A stretch of DNA of 64,000 nucleotides from positions 2,416 through 66,415 of the forward strand of contig DASYTJ010000026.1 in the NCBI GenBank assembly GCA_036002325.1, read 5' to 3'. Source of the stretch: Thermoanaerobaculia bacterium. Lineage in GTDB: Bacteria; Acidobacteriota; Thermoanaerobaculia; Multivoradales; UBA5704. Below are positions 8,034 through 15,174 of this stretch, one piece after another (within the stretch, counting starts at the first letter, position 1; the number at the start of each line of letters is the position of its first letter). The translations under genes and the position numbers were made by a program. The notes under the pieces were generated by a model. It made no database searches. It had not been told where the DNA came from and saw only the letters and a program-made list of their open reading frames with translations.

Positions 8034-10861
8034 CCGCCGAGCGCACGGAGATCGAGCGCGAGCTGGAGCGCAGCAACCGGGAGCTGAGAACCTTCCGCCG
8101 GCTCTCCAAGATCGGGCTCACGACGCCGCTGGACGGGACCACCCTCGGCAGCATGCTGGAGGTGATCTGCGAGGAGACCGGCTTGCCCCTGGCGGCCCTC
8201 GAGCTCTACGACGCTGCAGGGGAGATGATGAGGCTCGCGGCGCACCTCGGCTTTGCCGAGGAAGGGGCCAGAGACCTGGAGTGGACCGCCGACGGCAGCG
8301 TCTCGGGGCAAGTCGCCCGCTTCGGCGTCCACTTCGTCGAGGCCAGGGACCGGGAAGGAGGCCCGAGCAGCGGCGCGGCGCGCCGGTTCGCGGCCCGAAC
8401 CTTCGTCTGCGTACCGATGAAAGCCGAGGGAAGAGTGCTTGGCGCGCTCAGCCTGGGATGCCCCGAGGAGCTCGCGATCGACCAGCGCTTCGTCGACTGG
8501 GTTGCCGACCTCGCCGGCCACGTCGCCGCGATCACCGAGCGCAAACGGACGGCCCAGGCGCTGCACGAGAACGCCGCGCGCCTGCGTCTGCTCATCGAGC
8601 AGATGCCGGCCCTGGTGTGGACCACCGACTCCGACCTCCGCTTCACCTCCTCCCAGGGGGCAGGCCTGGCCGCCATCGGCCTGCAGGCCGGAGAGGTGGA
8701 TGGCCGGCTGGTACCCGAGTTCAGCGAGGCGGGTATTTCCGTCGCGGCCCACCGCCGGGTCCTGGAAGGCGAGTCGGTGAGCTTCCAGGGGCGCCTGCGC
8801 GGCCGGATGTTCGAGGCCCACGTCGAACCCCTGCGCGACGGCAGCGGAGCGATCGTCGGCTGCATCGGCGTGGCTCTCGACGTCACCAGCCGCCACGAGG
8901 CCGAGGAGGAGCTGCGGGGGATCACCGATACTCTTCATGCCCTGGTCGAGGCCTCGCCACTCGCCATCCTGACACTCGATCTGGAAAGCCGGGTGACCTC
9001 CTGGAGCCCGGCCGCCGAGCGCACCTTCGGCTGGAAGGCGGAGGAAGTCCTCGGCCGGCGCCTGCCCTTCGTACCCGACGACAAATGGGACGAGCACATC
9101 TCCTTGCGCGACCGGGTGCTCGCCGGCGAGCTCTTCACCGGTCTCGAGACCCGACGGCTGGACACCAGCGACCGCAAGCGGGCCGAGCAGGCCATCCGCC
9201 GGCTGGCTTCCGTGCCCGAGCCGAGCCCCGAGCCCCTGGTCGAGCTGGACCTCGCCGGCAACACTCTCTACGTCAACCAGGCCGCCCGCAACCGCTTCCC
9301 GGACCTCCAGGCCCTGGGGAGCTGGCATCCGGTGCTCGCCCACGTCGCCTCCGTCCTGCCGCGGTTCCGCCACGGCGAGAAGCGGTCTTTCTCCTTCGAG
9401 GTCAGCCACGAGCAGTCCGTCTACCATCAGATGGTCTACTACGTGCCCGACAGCCTCCTGGTGCGGGTGTTCCTCCACGATCTCACCGAGCAGCACCGCG
9501 CCAAGGAGCTGCTGCGGCGGGAGACTCTCTACGACCGGCTCACGGAGCTGCCCAACCGCGCCGCGTTCCTGCAACAGCTCGGCGTGCGCATCGAGCAAGG
9601 CGACGCCGGCTTCTCCGTGCTCTCTCTCAACCTCGACCGCTTCAAGGTGGTCAACGACAGCCTCGGGCAAGGGGCCGGCGACCAGCTGCTGGCGAGCATC
9701 GCGCAGCGGATCTCCGCCTGCCTGGGGCCGGGCGGCACGGCGGCGCGGCTGGGCAGCGACGAGTTCGCCGTCCTGCTGCGCGAAGCGGACGCGGCCGGCT
9801 CCCTGGAGCTCGCCGCGAGCCTCCGTGAGGCGATCGGCAGGCCGCTGGAGATCGCCCGCCAGGAGATCTTCCCCAGCGTCAGCATCGGCGTCGTCGCCGG
9901 CGAGCGCCACGAAGACGCCGAGTCGGTGCTGCGCGACGCGCACATCGCCATGTACCGCGCCAAGTCTCTGGGCGGCGGCCGCTGCGAAGTCTTCGATCCC
10001 GCCATGGGCAGCCGCTCGCTCGACCGGCTGCGCCTGGAGAATGAGCTGCGCCGGGCCATCGAGCGGAGCGAGCTGGAGATGCACTATCAGCCGATCGTCC
10101 GCCTGGCCGACGGCGCGGTCACCGCCTTCGAAGCCCTGCTGCGGTGGCCCCGACGCGACCGCGGCGATGCCATCCCGCCCGCTGATTTCGTCGCCGTCGC
10201 CGAGGAGTCCGGCCTCATCCTGCCGCTCTCCTACTGGACGCTCGGTCAGGCCTGCCAGTGGCTGCGTGACGGCGGCGAGGAAGGACCCGCCTTGCATCTC
10301 AACGTCTCCGGCCGGCTGTTCTCCGACTTTACCCTGGCCGACCGCGTCCAGGAGGCACTGGCGGAAAACCGCGTCCGCGGCGAGCGGCTCGTGCTGGAGA
10401 TCACCGAGAGCGTGCTGATGGACGACGCCGAGGCCGCTGTGGGGATCCTGGCCCGCATCAAGGCCCTGGGGGTCGGCCTGGCGGTCGACGACTTCGGCAC
10501 CGGCTACTCCTCGCTCTCCTATCTGCAACGCTTCCCGATCGACCACCTCAAGATCGACCGCTCCTTCTTGGCCTCGCTGGGCGGGCCGGGAGAGAACCAC
10601 GAGATCCTGCGCGCCATCCTGACTCTCGCCCGCGGTCTCGGCATCGAGGTGATCGCCGAAGGCGTCGAAACCGAGGACCAGCTCGACCGGCTCCTCACTC
10701 TGGGTTGCGATCTGGCGCAAGGCTACCTCTTCGCTCTTCCCATGGACCGGGAAACGGCGCGGGCCCTGCTCGCAGCGCCGCCCTCCTGGATCGGCCTGAT
10801 CGAGCGCTCCGCGGCCTCGCCGGTGAACGTCACACCGCTGCGCCGGCCGGCTGTGTCATGA
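8030..10861 (+). CDS. GAF/PAS sensor protein with GGDEF and EAL domains (c-di-GMP turnover)
   Basis: ATG 8030 overlaps the previous stop (ATGA). Contains PAS-like repeats, the GGDEF variant RLGSDEFAVLL, and EAL motifs FEALLRW and DDFGTGYSSLSYL. The track ORF 7520-10861 is over-extended at its 5' end. Confidence 0.9.
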   Translation: MTAERTEIERELERSNRELRTFRRLSKIGLTTPLDGTTLGSMLEVICEETGLPLAALELYDAAGEMMRLAAHLGFAEEGARDLEWTADGSVSGQVARFGVHFVEARDREGGPSSGAARRFAARTFVCVPMKAEGRVLGALSLGCPEELAIDQRFVDWVADLAGHVAAITERKRTAQALHENAARLRLLIEQMPALVWTTDSDLRFTSSQGAGLAAIGLQAGEVDGRLVPEFSEAGISVAAHRRVLEGESVSFQGRLRGRMFEAHVEPLRDGSGAIVGCIGVALDVTSRHEAEEELRGITDTLHALVEASPLAILTLDLESRVTSWSPAAERTFGWKAEEVLGRRLPFVPDDKWDEHISLRDRVLAGELFTGLETRRLDTSDRKRAEQAIRRLASVPEPSPEPLVELDLAGNTLYVNQAARNRFPDLQALGSWHPVLAHVASVLPRFRHGEKRSFSFEVSHEQSVYHQMVYYVPDSLLVRVFLHDLTEQHRAKELLRRETLYDRLTELPNRAAFLQQLGVRIEQGDAGFSVLSLNLDRFKVVNDSLGQGAGDQLLASIAQRISACLGPGGTAARLGSDEFAVLLREADAAGSLELAASLREAIGRPLEIARQEIFPSVSIGVVAGERHEDAESVLRDAHIAMYRAKSLGGGRCEVFDPAMGSRSLDRLRLENELRRAIERSELEMHYQPIVRLADGAVTAFEALLRWPRRDRGDAIPPADFVAVAEESGLILPLSYWTLGQACQWLRDGGEEGPALHLNVSGRLFSDFTLADRVQEALAENRVRGERLVLEITESVLMDDAEAAVGILARIKALGVGLAVDDFGTGYSSLSYLQRFPIDHLKIDRSFLASLGGPGENHEILRAILTLARGLGIEVIAEGVETEDQLDRLLTLGCDLAQGYLFALPMDRETARALLAAPPSWIGLIERSAASPVNVTPLRRPAVS

Positions 10862-11241
10862 CGGACGTCGCCGATCCGCCGGACATGGAGCGCTTCGCCT
10901 TTTCCAGCGATCCGCCGGGCGCGGACGGGAACGCGACGGCGTGGGCGAAGGCCTGGGAAGAGCACAACACCCGCCTGTTCGACCTCCTCAAAGGGATCGA
11001 ACGCGACGCCGTCGAGCCCGTCTCGAAGCTGCTGGAGCGGCTCCAGGAGTGCCGCCAGAGCCTGGGAGACCCGCCGGATGCGCGTCTGCGCCGCGTCTGG
11101 CGCAACCTCCTCGCCGAGCTGTGGGAGGCCGCCCGCGCCGCCCTCTACGGCGACCTCGGGCCGGCGCGCCAGCACGCCGGCGCCGCCCGTCGCCTGGAGC
11201 GCGAGCTGCGGCAGATGCTGGAGATCTCCTGCGGAGGCTAG
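10858..11241 (+). CDS. Hypothetical helical protein, translationally coupled to the GGDEF-EAL gene
   Basis: ATG 10858 overlaps stop 10859-10861 (ATGA). 127 aa with no recognisable motif. Confidence 0.5.
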   Translation: MTDVADPPDMERFAFSSDPPGADGNATAWAKAWEEHNTRLFDLLKGIERDAVEPVSKLLERLQECRQSLGDPPDARLRRVWRNLLAELWEAARAALYGDLGPARQHAGAARRLERELRQMLEISCGG

Positions 11242-11360
11242 CTTTGCCCGGTACTCCCGTGCCGGGCTAGGAGAAAGACGGCCCCCCCGGGACGGACCGT
11301 GCCCCGACCCCAAGGATCTCCGCGGAATCTTTTCTTCAGGGCAGGGCCGGCCGTATCGGC

Positions 11361-12878
11361 TCAAGCCGCCTCTTCCATCGGCCGCTCCGCCGGGACCACC
11401 GCGGCGGGATCCACGCCCAAGGCGCGGAAGCGGTTGAGCAGGTCGTCCTTGTCCACCGCCTTGAGGTAGGCCTCCCGCGGTTCGACGATCCTGGCCTCCA
11501 CCAGCTTGGCCAGCGAATCGTTGAGCAGTTGCATGCCGGCCTTGCGGCCGATCTGCATCAGCGACGGGATCTGGAAGGTCTTCCCCTCACGGATCAGGTT
11601 GGCGATGGCCGGCGTGCAGATCATGATCTCGTAGGCGGCGATACGGCCGCCGCCGATCTTCTTGAGCAGGGTCTGGGCGATGACGGCCCGCAGGCTGCTG
11701 GAGAGCATGAGCCGGATCTGCGCCTGCTGGCTGGGCGGGTACTGATCGATTAGCCGGTCGACGGTCGAGGGCGCCGTCGTGGTGTGCAGGGTGCCGAAGA
11801 CGAGGTGGCCGGTCTCCGCCGTCTCGATGGCGATCGCCGTCGTCTCCAGGTCCCGCATCTCGCCGACCAGCACGACGTCCGGGTCCTCGCGCAGGGCGGC
11901 ACGCAAAGCGCGCTCGAACGAGCCGGTGTGGCTTCCCACTTCGCGGTGGTGGACGAGGCACCCCTTGGAGGGATGGACGAACTCGATCGGATCCTCGATG
12001 GTGATGATGTGATCGCTGCGCGTCTCGTTGACGCGGTCGAGGATCGCGGCGAGCGTCGTCGACTTTCCCGAGCCGGTCGGTCCGGTGACGAGCACCAGGC
12101 CGCGCGCCAGGTCGGCGAGCTGGCAGACGACGGGGGGCAGCCCCAGCTCGGCGGCCGAGGGGATCTTGTAAGGGATCTGGCGGAACACGGCGCCGATCCC
12201 CTCCCGCTCCCGGAACAGGTTGGCCCGGAAACGCCCCTTGCCCGGCAGCTCGACGGCGAAGTCGGTGTCGTTGGTGGCCTCGAACTCTTCGCGGTTGCGC
12301 TGCGGGGCCACGGCGAAGAGCAGCTTCTTGAGCTCGACGGCGGCCGGCGGCGAGTACTCGGGCAGCGGCAGCAGATCGCCGTGCAGGCGCATCCGCGGCG
12401 TCTGGCTCGAGGAGAGGTGGAGGTCCGAGCCGCCGCGCGCCACCAGCAGCCGCAGCAGGGTCTCGATGGGCGGCAGGGGCCGGGCGTCCGGCGTCGTGGA
12501 GAGCGCGATCACCGGCATGGCGGATGGCTCCGGCAGCTCCGGCTCGGAGGTCATGGAAAGCGGCGGCGCAGGTGCCGCCATCGCCTTGTGGGCGCCATTC
12601 GTGGCGAGGTGCGCGGTCCAGCCGCTCCCCTGAGATACAAAGTGAAAGGTTCGCTCCCCGATCCGATAATCGAACTCGGCCGGCAGCGAAGCGGCGCTGG
12701 CTTCTCCGGGCGCCACCTCCGCCACCAAGCGGGCGATCGTGGGGGCGTCCAGCGGCACGCCCGTGAGCTGGTGCTCCAGTCCGGCGCGCAGCAGGCACGG
12801 CGGCCGGCCCGGCTCGAGGATCACCGCCTCCACGCGCCTCTGCGATGCGGTCGTCAGCAGCTTGTCGAGAATCGCCAT
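11361..12878 (-). CDS. pilT: PilT-family (type IV pilus retraction-type) secretion ATPase with an extra N-terminal domain
   Basis: ATG 12878. Walker A GPTGSGKST, Walker B region DVVLVGEMRD, His box GHLVFGTLHT and PilT-type AIANLIREGK. About 150 extra N-terminal residues resemble a second, degenerate PilT N-domain. The track ORF extends to 13301. Confidence 0.85.
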   Translation of the reverse strand: MAILDKLLTTASQRRVEAVILEPGRPPCLLRAGLEHQLTGVPLDAPTIARLVAEVAPGEASAASLPAEFDYRIGERTFHFVSQGSGWTAHLATNGAHKAMAAPAPPLSMTSEPELPEPSAMPVIALSTTPDARPLPPIETLLRLLVARGGSDLHLSSSQTPRMRLHGDLLPLPEYSPPAAVELKKLLFAVAPQRNREEFEATNDTDFAVELPGKGRFRANLFREREGIGAVFRQIPYKIPSAAELGLPPVVCQLADLARGLVLVTGPTGSGKSTTLAAILDRVNETRSDHIITIEDPIEFVHPSKGCLVHHREVGSHTGSFERALRAALREDPDVVLVGEMRDLETTAIAIETAETGHLVFGTLHTTTAPSTVDRLIDQYPPSQQAQIRLMLSSSLRAVIAQTLLKKIGGGRIAAYEIMICTPAIANLIREGKTFQIPSLMQIGRKAGMQLLNDSLAKLVEARIVEPREAYLKAVDKDDLLNRFRALGVDPAAVVPAERPMEEAA

Positions 12879-12889
12879 GGCCCGCGCTC

Positions 12890-13420
12890 CTAGGGGATGA
12901 CCCGCACGATGGCGTCCCGGTTGATGTACATCACCGCGGCCGGTGCGAGGAAGAGCAGGAACCGCTCTTCCGAGAGATTGAGCAGGTCCGAGAGCCGGCA
13001 GCGCGCGCTCGGCAGCACGTAGAGGAACTCGCCGTCGAGCACGTAGCCGCTCTGCACGGTGACCCGCGCCCGCTGCCGCACGGCGCCGACCTCCTCCAGA
13101 TGCGATACCTCGGGCAGGATCCCGGAAACGCGGACGTAGGAGATCCAGTTGAGGCTCAACAACTCCACCTGGTCGCCGACCTTGCAGGGCAGAAACCGCG
13201 TTCCCGGATCGTTCAGCCGCTCGCCCATCGTCTCCCGGCCTCCGCCCTGTGCGCTCGCCAGACGCAGGTAGAACGAGGTCATGATCGACTCGCCGTCCCA
13301 CAGGATGACCTCGGCCGCGATGCCCGCCACGCTCTGCTTGTAGCTGTCCAAGGTCGGCGGAGACGCTTTCGTCCCCGGCCAGGCCTCGCGAATCGCCAGA
13401 TTGCTCCGTGCTCCTATCAT
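12890..13420 (-). CDS. Hypothetical protein (176 aa), operonic with the PilT-like ATPase
   Basis: ATG 13420 is preceded by GGAGGAG. The stop lies 11 nt before the pilT-like start. Only this 3' part of the long track ORF 12890-14326 looks genuine. Confidence 0.6.
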   Translation of the reverse strand: MIGARSNLAIREAWPGTKASPPTLDSYKQSVAGIAAEVILWDGESIMTSFYLRLASAQGGGRETMGERLNDPGTRFLPCKVGDQVELLSLNWISYVRVSGILPEVSHLEEVGAVRQRARVTVQSGYVLDGEFLYVLPSARCRLSDLLNLSEERFLLFLAPAAVMYINRDAIVRVIP

Positions 13421-13626
13421 GGCTCTCCTCCGCTTCGTCAGTTCGTCGTCTTCGGCGGCTCTAGAGTGCAAGAGCGATACCGGCCCGAAAACCTTTCGTT
13501 TCCTGGGGAAAGCGACCGCTCGTTCATCCGAAATTCGGAAATCGTCCAGACGGTGGACGAGATCCAGCGGGTGTCCGGCGGCGGGCTCGCCTGGAAAAAC
13601 ACGGCTCTCAGGGGGTTGCGGCGGCC

Positions 13627-13642
13627 TGGCACGGGCCGTGCT
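13627..13642 (+). promoter_or_regulatory. Sigma-54-type promoter candidate (TGGCACG-N4-GTGCT) upstream of the first fibre-subunit-like gene
   Basis: CTGGCACGGGCCGTGCT against consensus YTGGCACGrNNNTTGCW, with correct GG/GC spacing, about 95 nt upstream of ATG 13736. The core is also a palindrome, and 16 nt of it recur at 15175-15190. Confidence 0.4.
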
Positions 13643-13735
13643 CAACCCAGGCAACGAAACCACGCCGCGAGGCGGACAACCAAGCGGGAACCGCGATTTA
13701 CGCGGCCCACGGCTTTCAACGAAAGGGAGGCATCC

Positions 13736-14281
13736 ATGTTCAGTCGAAAAGTGTTCTTGGGAGTCATCGTTCTCCTGCTGGCGGTCGCGGGCGCGGCCGG
13801 GGCGCAGACCACCGTCACGCTCCCGGACACCAGCCAGACCACCACGCTCACCGCGAGCGTCAGCGAGCAGGCGCAGGTGACAGTGCCGTCGGGCGTGACC
13901 TTCAACGTCACCAACGTCGCCAGCAGCACGGCGGCGAGCGCCGCCTCGGTGACGGTGAGCAACATCGTGCTGGCGACCGCCACCAAGCAGCTCAAGGTCT
14001 CCATCCAGGGCGGGGCCGCGTCGTTTACGCCGCCGGTCGTCGGCGCCACCACCTGGGCGGTCGGCGACGTGACCTGGAACGCCGCCACTTGGACGAACGC
14101 CACCGGCGCCTCCGGCACGCTGAGCAACAGCTCGTACACCGAGGTGGCCACCTGCGCCGCCGACGCTGCGACCTGCAGCACCACGGGGCTCGTCTTCACC
14201 CTCGGGGCGAAGAGCACGGTCAAGCGCTCGGGCAGCCATACGCTGAGCATGACCTGGAAGTTCGAGAGCATCGGCACGTAG
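13736..14281 (+). CDS. Secreted Thr/Ser/Ala-rich beta-type protein, putative major fibre/fimbrial subunit (paralog 1)
   Basis: GGGAGG upstream of ATG 13736. Signal peptide MFSRKVFLGVIVLLLAVAGAAGA-Q. Contains a C-x6-C pair and the C-terminal motif TWKFESIGT. A close paralog lies at 18050-18595. Confidence 0.7.
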   Translation: MFSRKVFLGVIVLLLAVAGAAGAQTTVTLPDTSQTTTLTASVSEQAQVTVPSGVTFNVTNVASSTAASAASVTVSNIVLATATKQLKVSIQGGAASFTPPVVGATTWAVGDVTWNAATWTNATGASGTLSNSSYTEVATCAADAATCSTTGLVFTLGAKSTVKRSGSHTLSMTWKFESIGT

Positions 14282-14300
14282 CGGAGGGTGGTTGTTTGTA

Positions 14301-14331
14301 GGGGCGGCTCCATGGGGCCGCCCCACTTTTT
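14301..14331 (+). terminator. Rho-independent terminator/attenuator after the first subunit gene
   Basis: GGGGCGGC-tccatggg-GCCGCCCC followed by ACTTTTT, located 20 nt after stop 14281 and 16 nt before the next start. Confidence 0.7.
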
Positions 14332-14346
14332 GGGAGATCTGCTGCC

Positions 14347-15174
14347 ATGAAAATGATCCGCGCCACGCTTCTGCTCCTCGCCCTGCTGCTGCTCGGCCGC
14401 GCGCCTGCTCCGGCGATCCAGTTCTCGTCGAGCTTCGAGTCGATCAAGATCGACGGCCGGCCGGGCGAGGTGGTCAGCCGGGAGTTCCGGCTCCGCCTGT
14501 CGCCGGGAGGGAAGCGGGCCCAGTTCAAATCCCGCACCGAGGACTGGTGGGCCAGCGAGGACGGCGCCAACTCCTACTACCGGCCGGCGGGAACTCTCCC
14601 CCGTTCCTGCGCCACCTGGATCACGCTGAACCCGGTGGAGACCGCCGTCGAGCCGGGCGGCACCCTGGCGATCCGCGTGACCGCCGCCATTCCGCGCGGC
14701 GTCAAGCCCGGCGGCTATTGGTGCGTGCTGACGGTGGACGAGGTGCCGGATCCCTTGACGGCGCCGGCGGGAGTCGCGGTGCAATTCCTGTCCTCCGTGT
14801 CGGTGGGGATCTTCATCAACATCGAGCCGGTGACGCGCGCCGCCGAGATCCGTGACGTCGAGCTCGCCCGAGGCCAGGCGCGCCTCAAGGTCTGCAACCT
14901 CGGCAACGCCCCGCTCGGCGCCGAAGGCCGGATCGAGTTCCTGCGGCCCGGCGCCTCGGCTCCGGCGGCGACGGCGGTCATCCGGCGGGCCACGGTGCTC
15001 ACCGATCCGGCTCCCTGCCGCGTGCTGTCGGCGGACCTGCCCGCTTCGTCTTCGCTGCCGGCGGGTAAGTACCTCGTGCTGATCCTCCTCGACATCGGAG
15101 TCGATCACTATCTCGGCGTCCAGAAAGAGATGGAGATCGGGCGTGATCTCCTCGCCCCGGTTGCCGGCCGCTAG
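14347..15174 (+). CDS. Secreted two-domain Ig-like periplasmic protein (chaperone-like by position)
   Basis: Signal peptide MKMIRATLLLLALLLLGRAPAPA. Two beta-sandwich-like halves (GEVVSREFRLRLSP...GGTLAIRVTAAIP; ARLKVCNLGNAPLGAEGRIEF...GKYLVLILLDIG). No motif I can assign to PapD-type chaperones. Confidence 0.6.
   Translation: MKMIRATLLLLALLLLGRAPAPAIQFSSSFESIKIDGRPGEVVSREFRLRLSPGGKRAQFKSRTEDWWASEDGANSYYRPAGTLPRSCATWITLNPVETAVEPGGTLAIRVTAAIPRGVKPGGYWCVLTVDEVPDPLTAPAGVAVQFLSSVSVGIFINIEPVTRAAEIRDVELARGQARLKVCNLGNAPLGAEGRIEFLRPGASAPAATAVIRRATVLTDPAPCRVLSADLPASSSLPAGKYLVLILLDIGVDHYLGVQKEMEIGRDLLAPVAGR

Noticed and set aside
7295-10720. A 1141-aa ORF on the minus strand, together with similar very long track ORFs at 184-1527 (+), 13642-15777 (-), 15602-17455 (-), 19281-21131 (-), 38057-40612 (+), 40236-43028 (-), 43060-44925 (-), 49842-51740 (-), 52990-54816 (+), 57856-59172 (-) and 61161-62639 (+).
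   Set aside because: Each lies antisense to, or out of frame with, a gene that has clear family motifs. Their translations are Arg/Gly/Ala/Pro-rich low-complexity strings with no motifs. Long stop-free shadow frames are expected at this GC content.
11245-11266. Hairpin GCCCGG-N10-CCGGGC between the convergent genes ending at 11241 (+) and 11361 (-), as a possible terminator.
   Set aside because: It has only a 6-bp stem with a 10-nt loop and no U-tract, so it is too weak to call.
13736-14281. Subunit-like proteins as type IV pilins (given the neighbouring PilT-like ATPase and the sigma-54-like promoter).
   Set aside because: The N-termini are ordinary Sec signals cleaved after AxA-type sites (..AGAAGA-QTT). 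There is no G-[FM]-[TS]-L-[IL]-E prepilin motif and no hydrophobic alpha-1 helix in the mature part.
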